Source of the DNA: Azolla caroliniana
Lineage: Eukaryota; Plantae; Polypodiophyta
DNA length: 64,000 nt
Assembly: GCA_043228905.1 (NCBI GenBank)
Contig: JBHGNT010000004.1
Location: 13,082,001-13,146,000, forward strand
Direction: 5' to 3'
In this document: positions 39,210 to 51,769 of the stretch, piece after piece
Numbering within the stretch: the first letter of the stretch is position 1
How the letters are laid out: each line of letters opens with the position of its first letter
Notes under the pieces: model-generated
Database searches by the model: none
Seen by the model: the letters and a program-made list of their open reading frames with translations, nothing else
Told to the model about the DNA's origin: nothing
Translations under genes and position numbers: made by a program

Positions 39210-42200
39210 TGTTATAACATTCACTACGTTCATACCCCCCCCCCCCCTCTCTCTCTCTCCGTCTCTCTCTCTTCCAACTTCTGCATGTCAGGGCAGTAGC
39301 CAAAGACAAGTTTAAAATGAAGAAAAGAATGAGAAATAGAAAATAAGAGAGGAATGAGAGAGAAATAAGATATTGAAAATGTATTAGCAATGAGAACAAG
39401 GGTTACAAGAGTACGTCGAAGACTGGCGTTGAACCAAAATGGTTCATCAATAGTTCATCAATAGTTTGTTGGTATTATTGAGATTTTCAACTGCCTCCCA
39501 TGTTCGATCCGCTAGTGTATAACCCAACCAATCAGCAAACTAATACAATTTGTTCTTCACAACTTTGGAGTCCAAAATGGATTTTACTTCATATTCTGGG
39601 CCTTCATCAAGCTCAATAGAATGTGTTGATGGAAATTAAATCGACACTTTCCAAACTTCACTTCTCGGCCACAACCAAGGAAACACACGAATCGTTGTTG
39701 CAGAAAATGGGAAATGCGAAAAATAGAGTGGACACACGATTTATCATGGAAAACCCTGTACGGGAAAAACCACGGGAGTACAAGACTCCGAACCAAAAAC
39801 TATGCACAGAGAAGTATACAATGGCGAGCTGCAAGGCGACGACCTTGAGCTCGCTGTCCTCGCCACAGGCGGCGGAAATACACAGAGGCGTCGACCTCTT
39901 CCTCTCTCACGCTCTATCTCTCTCGCGGCTGCTCTCTCTCTTCACTCCTCTTGAGTGGAAAAACAGAAAAATGAGAAGCAACGTAAAAACTGTTTGCCCT
40001 AAGTCATATTTATACACATATGACTTTGGGGCTATTTACAACTATAGCCTCAAGGGCCCTTGGCAAACATATTCACAGATATGTCCCCGCATCCGGATCT
40101 CGCTCCGGGTACATTCGTCATCCGGCTCCGAAGTCGGGGTCTTCATCATCCGGTTCCGAAACCGAAACCGGGCTTGTCGGCATTCATCTCCGATATCCGA
40201 CCATCCCATCCGAAAGGGACCGTAATCCCAACATGTGTAGGGGAAACAACGCGATCTGGAATAGAGTTTGAAGCATAAGGTTCCAAGAGTGAGACATGGA
40301 ACACTGGGAGAAGACGCATATGAAGAGGGAGATTGAGTTGAAAAGAAACTTTATTGATCTATTTAGTGATTAAATATGGACCAAGGCGTTGATAATCCAG
40401 CTTGTTACAAGGCCTAGTGGTCTTCACATTACGTCGTAAGAGCCATACACAATCTCCAACTTGAAATTTGGGTTTTTCCAGTGATGAGTTGAGTCGATGG
40501 TGATCTGCAAATTTCTTATGGGTGGCTTGAGCGTGATGTAAATGATGAGAAAGAGCAATATGAATTTCTCAGATATGACGTAGGAGATCCTCTACAACGG
40601 GGTTTTTCGAGATTCTTGGATGGTCAAGAATTGTCCAACGGGGATGAACACCCATGTTGGCAAAGAAGGGAGTAATTTTGGTAGAAGAATGAACTGAATT
40701 GTGAAAACTACACAAAATGTAAATAATCTACCCAATCATCTTGTTGATAATTGATGAAGAAACGAAGGTATTGTTCCACAGTTTGATTGTTATGATTGGT
40801 TTGACCATCAATCGCTGGGTGATAGCTTGAAGAGAGTTTACAATCAATTTGGAGGAGCCCAAACAAATGTTTCCAAAATGTTGGGATAAATTGTGGTCCT
40901 CGATCACTAATGATGTCATCAGGAAGACCATGATGCCGAAACACTTCACACATAACCAAATCTGTTGTCTCTTGACTATTAATAGTCTTTGTGCATGGTA
41001 GAAAATGTGTCACCTTAGTGAACCGATCTACAACAGTAATGAAGGAATCAAAACCTTTGGAAGATGGAGGATCAGTAATGAAATCCATAGATATAGACTT
41101 CCAAGGACCATCAAGAACTGGTCAGGGTTGGAGTAAACCATATGGTCGATGTCAAGGACACTTGGACGGACAACATGCATCACAACTATGAATATAGTTT
41201 TCAACATAATCACGAAGATGAGGTGTATAACCCCACCAATCAACAAAGTAATACAATTTGTTCTTCACAACTTTGGAGTCCAAAATGGATTTTACTTCAT
41301 ATTCTGGGCCTTCATCAAGCTCAATAGAATGTGGAGGGGGAACAAGGCGATCTGGAATAGAGTTTGAACAACATAATCATGAAGATGAGGTGTATAACCC
41401 AACCAATCAACAAAGTAATACAATTTGTTCTTCACAACTTGGACACTTGGACGGACAACATGCATCACAACTATGAATGTAGTTTTCAACATAATCACGA
41501 AGATGAGGCCACCAATAATTTCTAGAAACTAATTCCAATGTTTTGTGAACTCCAAAATGTCCAGCCATTGGCATGTCGTGGTAATGTTGTAAAATAAGGA
41601 GTTGAGAGCAGCCATCAGAGACATAAATCAAATTATTTCGAAAAAGTAAACTATCATGCCAACTAAACGGATTATAATCTTTACGAGAATTCATCTACCT
41701 TGAACAAGAAGCACAATTTGGAATAATATGATTCAAGACATCTTGGGTGAATTCGTCTGCTTCAAGATCAGTATGAATCGTACTTATAAGTATCAAGTCC
41801 GTAGGTATCTTAAAAGCATTAGCGATCATCACTTGTAAATGATCAAGACCAAGGAGGATCTGGTTTTGATGATCAAAAGTAGGTTCCCCTAAACAAGATG
41901 CCATGTACGAACGTCGAGATAGTGCATCTGCCTTTCCCTGGTGTATTGCAAGGTGATACACAATCAAGAAATCAAAGTGTGTAAGAAATTGTGCCCAACG
42001 TGCCCGTCGACGATTTAAGACTCGAGCATTCTGGAAATACGTTAGGTTCTTGTGATCATTATAGACAATGATTTGATGGGGAGAACCTTCCAAGAAGTGG
42101 CGCCAATGCTCAAAAGAGTCTACAATAGCCAAAAGCTCATTGTCGTGAATCTCATAATTAATTTCCGCAGCTTCAAATTTCTACAAATGAAAAGCAACTA

Positions 42201-43093
42201 GAAATAATAACCCATTTTCTTTGGGTTGTGACAGGACACTCCCGAGTGCAAAATCTGATGCATTAACTTCCAAAATAAAAGCCTTGTCTTGGTTAGCATG
42301 GATAGGAGCTGATGTGAACACATGTTTTAAGCTTTCAAATGCCTCAACAACACTAGAATGTGTTAATTTTGTTAAGAGGCAACACCTTCTTTGAGTAGTT
42401 CCTGATGAATTTGCGGTAAAAATTTGCAAATCCCAAGAAACATTGGACATCACGCACAAATTGTGGTGTTTCCCACTCTAGAATTGTTTGTACCTTTGCT
42501 GGATGCATAGATATTCCTTGTGATGATACTATGTACTCTAGGAATTCCACTTGGTTGCGATCAAAACTACATTTCTCGAGTTTAGCATAGAGACCATATT
42601 CTTGTAATCATCGTAGAACTTGGCGTACATGCTCATCATGCTCTTCTTGAGTCTTGGAAAATATCAAGATATCATCCAAATAAATGATGGTGAATATATC
42701 CATGAAGTCTTGGAAAATATCATTGGCCATATGTTGAAAAACCGCATGAGCATTTGTAAGACCGAATGACATAATTGTATACTCAAAATGCCCATATCGA
42801 GTGCGAAATACAGTTTTCATCACCCGGACGAATTCGAACTAAATTATAAGAACCTCTAAGATCGATCTTTGTAAAGTATTTGGCTCCACTCAACCGCTCC
42901 AAAAGTGTTGGTATTAAAGGTAAGGCATACCTGTTTCGAATTGTGATTTTGTTTAATCCTCGATAATCTACAAGCAAACGAGGCGATCCATCTTTCTTTT
43001 TGACAAAAAATATTGGTGCGCCAGTAGGAGATTTGGAATGACGCATAAATCCAGTAGCTAAATTTTCATCGATATAGTTGGGTGAAAGCATGT
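39210..43093 (-). mobile_element. Degenerate Tcn1-like chromovirus remnant (RT-RH-IN-chromodomain, partial 3' LTR)
   Basis: Homologous to the 45596-49201 pol; YLDD, DFITD, LYYFVDWLGY; LTR part 39210-~39500 with GGTTCAACGCCAGTC motif. Confidence 0.88.
39627..40233 (-). mobile_element. Solo LTR (copia family)
   Basis: Perfect TSD TGTGT; empty-site sequence visible at 41310-41370; homologous to 1189-1864. Confidence 0.9.
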
Positions 43094-43971
43094 GAGTGGA
43101 AACAATTAGCTATGCAAAAAGCTACCATTGATAAATAGTCATTTTTGTAAAAAGCTACGATTGATAAATTAGCTATGCAAAAAGCTACCATTGAAAATAG
43201 TAGAGAGTTTTAATTGTATAAATGAGCACCATAAATGTGCAACATAAACGTCCAACATAAATTGATATGTGAACCATAAAAGTGCACCATAAATTATATA
43301 CCGAATTCCTAGGTCCATTATGCATGGTCCTTTGCTACATCATGTGGGCCATCTCTGGTTGAGAATTCTGGCTTAGATTACTACCACTGTTGCTAAACCC
43401 TATTGAGTCCACTCCTCCATTGTCGTCATTCTACACTCAGTTACCGGCACTGTGTGGTCCAAGTATCATTGTTACCCGTAAGAATATACGGGGAGGCATA
43501 AGGGTATTTGTAATGATGTGGTTGATGTGTATGTGTAAAGTAAATGAGTGTGTGAGGATGAGTATGTGTGAGCACATGCACAATTATGTGAATGTGACAA
43601 GAGTGTAACAGTTGTCTCTTTTGTAACGGTCATTATTTACTGTTACATTATGTATTATATAAACCCCTTATGGGGCATCTAATGGATATACAATTTTCCC
43701 TTCTCACATTTGTGTCATTTCCTATTTGTCTTTCTCTCTAGCTCTCTCCCTATCGTAACCCCCTTGGGAGGGGGTTGAAGCCATTCTAGGCTTCACTCCC
43801 CACCCCAACAACACTTTTGGCACGCTTGAACGGCTGACCTCCCTTGTCACGTCTCCCTCTCTTGCTCTCCCTCTCCATCACTAATCTCTCTCTATGCGTT
43901 TGTGAATGTGTGTCTCTATCTCTCCTTAATTCTCATCTGCCTTGTTTTACTATTTGCAGGTATCTACAGTC

Positions 43972-44098
43972 ATGGGGAAGGAGAAGATACATATCAACAT
44001 TGTCGTTTTTGGCCATGGCTAACTCGTGGAAGTCCAAAACAATTGGCCATTTCACTTACAAGCTTGGGAATAGTGACACGCATGTTATTGAGAGCTTC
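43972..44098 (+). pseudogene. EF1A: Captured N-terminal fragment of elongation factor 1-alpha
   Basis: MGKEKIHINIVVFGH(fs)NSWKSKTIGHFTYKLGNSDTHVIESF vs canonical [42 protein letters not shown]; acceptor-like TTTGCAG just upstream. Confidence 0.9.
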
Positions 44099-44416
44099 AC
44101 AACTTGTACTCTACCAGCCATTTCTACATCTATGGCGGCGGAAAGAGCCAAATCCAAGCAGAGAAGCAACTGCAGCAGCATACCACTTTCCTGTCAGAAT
44201 TGGTTTGAGAAGAGTTCCCTTCCTCGATTAGCTCTAAGCATAGGGAAGATAGGGACGCAAACCGCAGAAGTAGAAGAGGAAACTCAGGAAGAAGAAGAAA
44301 CAAACAAGGAAGAAGAAGTAGAAGGGTACATAGGCGATGCATGGCTACGACGGAGCTTTCCTTGGACATATGGCTGTCATGAAGACATACATCTTGGCTT
44401 ATCATGACATTCATCT

Positions 44417-44488
44417 TGGCGAACCAGGAATCGAACCCATAACCTCTTGGTTTACATATTGTACTTTAACCATTGTAATAACATATGT
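44417..44488 (-). other. tRNA-like cassette in U3 (second copy 49236-49307)
   Basis: AATGGTTAA ... GAGGTTATGGGTTCGATTCCTGGTTCGCCA. Confidence 0.6.
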
Positions 44489-44927
44489 GAGATGTAATCA
44501 TAATAATTATATGTTTAGTTATTACGAGATATTTAGAACATTCTAGATTATTCTAGAATGTTCTTGAATATTTCATGATTATATTTATTATTATTATTAT
44601 TCATAAATATCTAAAATATTCTAGAACATTCTAGAATACTCCATAAGGGCCTATAAATAAGAGTCCATACACTCATCACAACTCATTCGGTTCAAGCTGT
44701 CGTGACTCTTGAGTAGGAAGCAGAGAGAGAGAGCGATGACGATAGAGATAACGATAACGATAGAGATGGCGAGAGCGGTAGAGATAGCGATAGTGATAGA
44801 AAGAGAGTGAAAGAGGGAGAGAGTGCGAGAGAGAGAAAAGTATAAGTGAGAGATAAGAAATGGGAATGCGATTATATTATGAGAAAGAAGATTACAAGGA
44901 GTAGGCTAAGGGCTAAAGACTGGTGTT

Positions 44928-45569
44928 GATAGCACTAGGACTGCAATAAACAAGATTCGAAGACTCCGACAAGGAGATCGTCCCGCTTCAGCTTATGCCG
45001 CAGATTTCCGTCTCTTGGCATGCGACATCCCTTGGGATGAGGCAGCCTTAATGGATCAATTCCGTCAGGGTTTGCGTAACGATGTCAAAGATCTTCTTCT
45101 TACTTTCCATGAAGATCCAAAGTCTCTTACTGAAGCTATTAGCCGAGCTGTGCGATGTGATAATCGCCTATTTGAGCGACGTTCTGAACGTCAACAAATG
45201 TTACGCCGCCAACCGGAACAGACATACGCTTCTATAGTCGCCACACCGCCACAAGGTTCTAGACCCGTTACGAGGGATGATCCCACTCCGATGGAAATAG
45301 AGTCGACACAACGTCGAAGGCCCTTATCAGATGCTGAGAAACAACGACGTCGGGCGCATCGCCTATGCCTCTACTGTGGTGGTCCAGGACATATAGCTGT
45401 GAATTGTCCACATAAACCCAGGCGTCAAGTTTACCAAGTAAGTGCACATGACAACCCTACATCAAGTTCTACTATCACTTCTAATAACTTAAGTACTAAG
45501 CCTACTAGCCCATGCCATGAGAATAGATTTGATGTCTTGAGCCAATTAGAGGATGTGTTAAACGAATAA
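44928..45569 (+). pseudogene. 5'-truncated gag
   Basis: LRQGDRPASAYAADFR; TPMEIE; CLYCGGPGHIAVNC; start deleted. Confidence 0.9.
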
Positions 45570-45595
45570 GTCCGGCCAAAATAGGAGCCATTTGG

Positions 45596-48500
45596 TTGGA
45601 CCATCCTAGTTATGTAGAGTCAGTACCTAGTTGTGGTTCCATTTCATCAAATCAAGTTAGTAGAGTTTTTTCTGCACAAGTCGAGCTTAGCACATCTACA
45701 GGTCATCGCGCCCTAGCCTCTGCCCTCCTAGATTCCGGAGCCAATTCTTGTTTCATGGATCGCGAGTTTGCATTGACTCAAAACATCATCTTGAAAAAAC
45801 TCCCAAACCCAGTAGCTGTAGGAGTCATCGATGGTCGCCCTATAGCATCAGGAGATATAGTCGAAGAGTCTGAACCAATTCGTGTAGTCCTAGGTAATTT
45901 GGCTAGTGTCATCTCTTTTAACATCATTAGTAGTCCGGAGCACTCTCTAGTTCTTGGTCTTCCTTGGTTTGAGTTACATAACCCAACCATTGATTGGAGA
46001 AAAAGAACTATTGAAGAGGTCACCGTACAATCCAAGTCTCTTGAAGCTCCAACTAAGGATCTAGGATCCCCCACAATTTCAACAATCTCTATACATCAAT
46101 TACGAGAGGATGGAAGAAAGGAAGACATGATGGTATTTGCGGTTTTAGCAACTCCCTCATCTAGCTCACAAGAATTGGGGGTCCAACTACCAAAGAAGTA
46201 CATAGAATTCTCCGATGTGTTCGATAAGGTGAAGGCTAATAGACTACCAGAGCATCGACCATATGATTGCCCAATTGATTTGCAGCCAGGAAAAGAGCCT
46301 CCATGGGGACCAATTTATAATCTTTCGCCCACGGAGTTAGAGGTTCTTCGAGAATATATCAATGAGAACTTGGCAAATGGTTTTATCCAACATTCAAAAT
46401 CTCCTGCTGGTGCACCCATCTTTTTCGTTAAGAAGAAAGATGGTACGCTTCGTATGGTCGTGGATTATCGAGGCTTGAATAAAGTGACCGTTAGAAACCG
46501 ATATGCTCTCCCATTGATCTCAAGCCTTCTAGAACGCCTCAGTGAAGCAAAGTATTTCACAAAGTTAGATCTTCGAGGTGCCTACAATCTTGTTCGAATT
46601 CGTCCTGGGGATGAATGGAAGACGGCGTTCCGCACTCGCTATGGTCATTTTGAGTACACAGTGATGCCTTTTGGCCTCACGAATGCACCAACAGTCTTCC
46701 AACATATGGCGAATGATATTTTTCGAGACTTCCTCGATATCTTCATCATTGTTTACCTGGATGATATCTTGATCTACTCAAAAACTCAAGAAGAACATGA
46801 TATACATGTTCGCCAAGTTTTGCAACGGCTACGAGAGTATGGTCTCTATGCAAAATTGGAGAAGTGTAGTTTCGACCAACGTCAAGTGGAGTTTTTGGGG
46901 TACATAGTCTCTTCAAATGGCATCTCTATGGATCCATCAAAGGTTCAAACAATTTTGGATTGGCAAACACCACAGTCCGTGCGAGATGTGCAATGTTTTT
47001 TGGGGTTCGCAAACTTTTATCGCAAGTTCATCAAAGACTATTCAAAAATTGTGTTGCCCCTCACTCAACTGACGCACAAGAATCGATCATTTGTATGGAG
47101 TATAGATGCGAACTCTGCATTTGAGGGTTTAAAGCAAGCATTTACATCCGCACCAATCTTAATCCATGTCGATCCAATGAGGCGCTTTATACTTGAAGCT
47201 GATGCATCGGATTTCGCACTCGGAAGTGTACTATCCCAAATTGGTGATGATGGTGAACTGCACCCGGTGGCTTTTCACTCACGAAAATTTGAAGCCGCAG
47301 AAATCAACTATGAGATTCACGACAAAGAGCTTCTTGCCATTGTGGATTCTTTTCAACAATGGCGTCATTTTCTGGAGGGTTCTTCTCAGCAGATTATTGT
47401 CTACAATGATCATAAAAATCTAACATACTTTCAAAGTGCTCGAGTCTTGAATCGACGACAAGCTCGTTGGGCGCAGTTCTTAACTCGTTTCGATTTTGTA
47501 ATTCTATATCGCCCTGGGATGCAACAAGGAAAAGCAGATGCTTTATCTAGACGTTCGTATATGGAACTTCAACCTGGAGAGGCCGCATTTGAAAGCCAAA
47601 AGCAAATCCTCTTAGGTCCTGATCGTCTACGAATAATGGCAATGCATACCATCAACACACCGGGAGATTCAAGGCTTCTTGATTCCATTCGTGAGCAGAT
47701 TGCGACTGATGCGTTCGCCCAAGAGGTTTTGAGCCATATTATCCCAAATCGTGCATCTAGCTCCCAAACTCAAAATCCTCGTCTAGACTACACCCAGTTT
47801 AGTTGGCATGATGGGTTACTTTTTCGACAAACTCTCTTGTATATGCCTGACGGTCCTTCTCGACTCAAAGTCATGCAACAATGTCATGACACACCAATGG
47901 CGGGACACTTCGGCATCCACAAGACTTTTGAGTTGATTTCTCGCCGATATTGGTGGCCACGGCTTCGCCATTTTGTTACGGATTATGTTCGTAGCTGTGA
48001 TACATGTTGCCGATCAAAAAAGCCTCGACATCATCCATATGGCTTATTACAGCCAATGCTTATTCCGGAGAGCCCATGGAAATCTATTTCCTTGGACTTT
48101 ATTACGGATCTTCCACCTTCCAAGGGATTTGATTCGATTCTCACTGTTGTCGATCGTTTTACGAAGATGGCACATTTCCTTCCATGCACAAAGACCATTA
48201 CTAGTCAAGAGACAGCTGATTTACTCATGCGGGAGGTGTTTCGCCATCATGGTCTTCCGGATGATATTATCAGTGATCGGGGTCCCCAATTCATCTCGAA
48301 ATTTTGGCGGCACATGTTCAGACTCTTACATACTTCTTGTAAACTCTCTTCCGGCTACCATCCAGAGACTAATGGGCAGAGTGAGCGCACCAACCAAACA
48401 GTCGAGCAATATCTACGTTGTTTTGTCAACTATCAACAAGATGATTGGGTGGATTTACTACCTTTGGCAGAATTTGCTTATAACAACTCCGAGCATTCTT

Positions 48501-49201
48501 CTACTGGATATTCCCCATTTTTTGCAAACATTGGGTACCATCCTCGTTGGACGATGCTTGAACATCCTGAACTCCCAAAAAACCCAGCTGCTGAAGATCG
48601 GCTCACTCGACTCCAAGAAGTTCAGGATATGCTTTTGCATCATTTATGTGAAGCCCAAAACACTCAAAAGAAGATTGCTGACCGTCATCGACGTGATTCA
48701 TCGACTACATTTCAAGTAGGCGATCGTGTATGGCTCTTACAAGGTAGCATTAAAACGACCCGACCTTGCTACAAATTGGATTATCAACGTTTTGGCCCAT
48801 ATGTCATAAGTGGTAAGATCAATGATGTGACATTTCGTCTTGATCTTCCTCCTCATATGCGTCTTCACCCGGTCTTCCATGTTTCACTTTTGGAGCCTTA
48901 CACAACGATCTCTATTCCGGGTCGTGTTACACCTCCCCCACCTCCAATTGACGTTTCCAATGGCTCTGAATATGAGGTTGCCGCTATCCTCGACTCCAAG
49001 ATCATTCGCAACAAACTATACTACTTGGTTGATTGGTTAGGCTATACACCTAATGATCGAACATGGGAGCTTGCCGAACATCTTGCCAATGCCTCCGACA
49101 TGGTTGTTGCATTTCACAACCAATATCCTCATAAACCAAGTCTGAACTCTTTTCTTCCGACTCGTGCAACTCGTCATCGAAAAGGGGGGATAATGTCATG
49201 A
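45596..49201 (+). CDS. Intact Pol (protease-RT-RNase H-integrase-chromodomain), probably entered by -1 frameshift at about 45560
   Basis: LLDSGA; YLDD; DASDFA; HHCC; DFITD / SDRG / ERTNQ; YEVAAILDS...YLVDWLGY...TWE chromodomain. Confidence 0.95.
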   Translation: MDHPSYVESVPSCGSISSNQVSRVFSAQVELSTSTGHRALASALLDSGANSCFMDREFALTQNIILKKLPNPVAVGVIDGRPIASGDIVEESEPIRVVLGNLASVISFNIISSPEHSLVLGLPWFELHNPTIDWRKRTIEEVTVQSKSLEAPTKDLGSPTISTISIHQLREDGRKEDMMVFAVLATPSSSSQELGVQLPKKYIEFSDVFDKVKANRLPEHRPYDCPIDLQPGKEPPWGPIYNLSPTELEVLREYINENLANGFIQHSKSPAGAPIFFVKKKDGTLRMVVDYRGLNKVTVRNRYALPLISSLLERLSEAKYFTKLDLRGAYNLVRIRPGDEWKTAFRTRYGHFEYTVMPFGLTNAPTVFQHMANDIFRDFLDIFIIVYLDDILIYSKTQEEHDIHVRQVLQRLREYGLYAKLEKCSFDQRQVEFLGYIVSSNGISMDPSKVQTILDWQTPQSVRDVQCFLGFANFYRKFIKDYSKIVLPLTQLTHKNRSFVWSIDANSAFEGLKQAFTSAPILIHVDPMRRFILEADASDFALGSVLSQIGDDGELHPVAFHSRKFEAAEINYEIHDKELLAIVDSFQQWRHFLEGSSQQIIVYNDHKNLTYFQSARVLNRRQARWAQFLTRFDFVILYRPGMQQGKADALSRRSYMELQPGEAAFESQKQILLGPDRLRIMAMHTINTPGDSRLLDSIREQIATDAFAQEVLSHIIPNRASSSQTQNPRLDYTQFSWHDGLLFRQTLLYMPDGPSRLKVMQQCHDTPMAGHFGIHKTFELISRRYWWPRLRHFVTDYVRSCDTCCRSKKPRHHPYGLLQPMLIPESPWKSISLDFITDLPPSKGFDSILTVVDRFTKMAHFLPCTKTITSQETADLLMREVFRHHGLPDDIISDRGPQFISKFWRHMFRLLHTSCKLSSGYHPETNGQSERTNQTVEQYLRCFVNYQQDDWVDLLPLAEFAYNNSEHSSTGYSPFFANIGYHPRWTMLEHPELPKNPAAEDRLTRLQEVQDMLLHHLCEAQNTQKKIADRHRRDSSTTFQVGDRVWLLQGSIKTTRPCYKLDYQRFGPYVISGKINDVTFRLDLPPHMRLHPVFHVSLLEPYTTISIPGRVTPPPPPIDVSNGSEYEVAAILDSKIIRNKLYYLVDWLGYTPNDRTWELAEHLANASDMVVAFHNQYPHKPSLNSFLPTRATRHRKGGIMS

Positions 49202-49747
49202 AGACATACATCTTGGCTTATCATGACATTCATCTTGGCGAACCAGGAATCGAACCCATAACCTCTTGGTTTACATATTGTACTTTAACCATTGTAATAA
49301 CATATGTGAGATGTAATCATAATAATTATATGTTTAGTTATTACGAGATATTTAGAACATTCTAGATTATTCTAGAATGTTCTTGAATATTTCATGATTA
49401 TATTTATTATTATTATTATTCATAAATATCTAAAATATTCTAGAACATTCTAGAATACTCCATAAGGGCCTATAAATAAGAGTCCATACACTCATCACAA
49501 CTCATTCGGTTCAACACCAGTCTTTAGCCCTTAGCCTACTCCTTGTAATCTTCTTTCTCATAATATAATCGCATTCCCATTTCTTATCTCTCACTTATAC
49601 TTTTCTCTCTCTCGCACTCTCTCCCTCTTTCACTCTCTTTCTATCACTATCGCTATCTCTACCGCTCTCGCCATCTCTATCGTTATCGTTATCTCTATCG
49701 CCATCGCTCTCTCTCTCTGCTTCCTACTCAAGAGTCACGACAGTGGC

Positions 49748-50015
49748 TAGGGTTCTTGAACCACCTCTGCTTCAAAATCTTTGAACCTTTACGCAAACCT
49801 TCAGATATGGCGGTCCCTCTTGTGCAAGCCAACGCATTTACAACTTCCATGGCGACTTGTTTCCCATCCCCTATCATTCTTTTGGCTATCGCAAAGAAAG
49901 TCATGATGCTTAAACTATCCACACAAGCCATGCTCCTCACCACCATCGCCATAGCTCGCTTAAGCTTCGTCCCTTCCATGCTTTTGCTCACATCCCGCAC
50001 AACAACCAAGTCCAT
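49748..50015 (-). pseudogene. Captured vWA-domain fragment resembling WAV3/EDA40-type RING-vWA E3 ligases
   Basis: DLVVVRDVSKSMEGTKL..KRAM...GTAISEGLRKGSKIL...KNP resembles DLVTVLDVSGSMAGTKL..LKRAM...GTNIAEGLRKGAKV...KNP as recalled. Confidence 0.75.
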
Positions 50016-51769
50016 TGTTGAAGCTCCCCATCGTCTAACAGACCTGAATCATACCCTCCTCATCCCTGCAGTATTTTGGTGAGTTGTTTCTCTTCATCTC
50101 TCGTTTTGACGCCTCTAACATGGATCAAGATCGCTAGAGAGCTCACTCTCCTCTACCACAGTCGTGATTTTCTTTGTTGGCTTCCTTCCACTTCCATCTC
50201 CACCATTTCCATCTCGTGCTCTCTTCAACGGTAACAGTGATGAACTTGCTTGCTGGTCCGCCATCGCTACTGCAAGACAGTGATCTAGTGAACCTTCAAG
50301 AAGCTCTTCATCATCATCAAATCTCCCTCCTTCTCTTTCTTCTGCTTTTATCTACTTTTCTGTCTCTTGTGCAGCCTGAAAATGAGAGATGGATTCATCT
50401 AACCTTCTCAAGTCAAGTTTAAGTGAATATCGATGAGGACGTTGTTCATCATGCACTCTAATCAAAGAGGGAAGGTCGCCATAGCCCTGACCATTTCTAT
50501 TGCATGTTTTCATCGATAGCCAAGGATCTTAAAGGTTGCCTTATATGTCCTTCTTGGATATGAGAATATGGAAGATGAGGATGAGAGTGAATATAGTGAT
50601 GAGGAGGATGAAGATCATAAACCATGTGTTGCGCTCAGTAGAGAAGCTGTTTTCTGGACTACACACATGCAATGAAAAGTTTGAGGTGAAACTAATGATG
50701 AGGAAGATATATTCTAAGAATGAGATACAGGGCTTGATATCCATCGCGGAGATATGAATTATTGTCCATGGAGAGCAGCGCAATCATGGTGGCACGCCAA
50801 TCTGCTGCCCTTACTCCAACACCACGAAATGCCAAACCCTAGTGAGCAAGACGACTGGGGAATGAAGATCAATCGATTTCCGATGATCGTTATTGGTATC
50901 TGATGAAGAGAGAGAGAAAAAAGATAGAGAAGAGAAGAGGAAGAAAAAAGAATACTTCAATATACTATTAAGAAAAGAATACAATCCTCTTAGACACCAA
51001 GAGGAACAACCCCAAATAACTACTTCAATATACTATTACTAAAATAGTCTTTTTGCCTTCTCTCTTTCTTCTACTAATCGTCTTCCCACTTCTTCTAATC
51101 TTCTTCTTCTTCCTCATTTCTTCTTCTTCACTTCTTCTTGTAGATCTTCTATCCTTCCTTGTAGATATTCTATTCTTCCTCCCTATTGCTAAGAATACCC
51201 TCATATTTATAGGTTTCTAGTTGCGTTATTCTTGCTTTTTTCTTTTCTTTTCTTTTACATATGCTCGAGTTTATGTGATACATTTTCATATCATTATTTC
51301 TATTTTATGTCTCTAAATTTATCATAAAGAAATCTCTCTTTGTTAGCTTTATTACGAATTATTTTTTTTGAAATTTGGACAAGAGATGCAGAAGTTATGA
51401 GCTTTTTTCTCGGCCCTGCTTTCTCTACCTTATTATGCGTTTTTTTCCTTCTATCTTTTCTCTTGCCTTTTCTACTTTTGGAAAACGCCTCTAACTTCAT
51501 ATCCCTTCAATTTTCTTATTCTCTTAACTCTTGAGCCTTTCACATTGTGCTTTATTCTTATAGAGCTTAGTATTCAATGTATTTGCCACGGTCTTTTCTT
51601 ACAGCAAAAATTGACTTCATAGTATCCATCAAATGAAAGGACCACAATTGCCGCCGCCACCGCCATCGTTGCCGCCATCGCCGTTGTCGCAGTTGCTGCA
51701 ATTCGCTAGAAGTGAGAATATGAATGGAAGCAAGAAGAGAGGGGCATTCAAAAAGCGCGAGGTCAGATC

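Larger units (their letters stand above)
44375..49742 (+). mobile_element. Young Tcn1-like chromovirus (Ty3/gypsy) with rearranged 5' LTR
   Basis: 3' LTR 49194-49742; 5' LTR 44375-44925 with R-U5 inverted; PPT AAAAGGGGGGA; TSD ATGGC/GTGGC. Confidence 0.95.

Noticed and set aside
39623-40225. 200-aa ORF
   Set aside because: Coincides with the antisense strand of a solo LTR; no recognisable motifs
43844-44407. 187-aa ORF or functional EF1A gene
   Set aside because: Only about 42 codons match EF1A, with a frameshift and broken P-loop, inside an LTR element
44417-44488. Functional tRNA genes (also 29754, 36950, 49236, 59594)
   Set aside because: Acceptor and anticodon arms do not fold properly; kept only as tRNA-like cassettes
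47973-48719. Overlapping 248-aa ORF in integrase
   Set aside because: Alternative-frame shadow; only partly open in the paralogous elements
50763-51605. Possible minus-strand solo LTR
   Set aside because: TG start and TATA-like motif present, but no convincing end or TSD found
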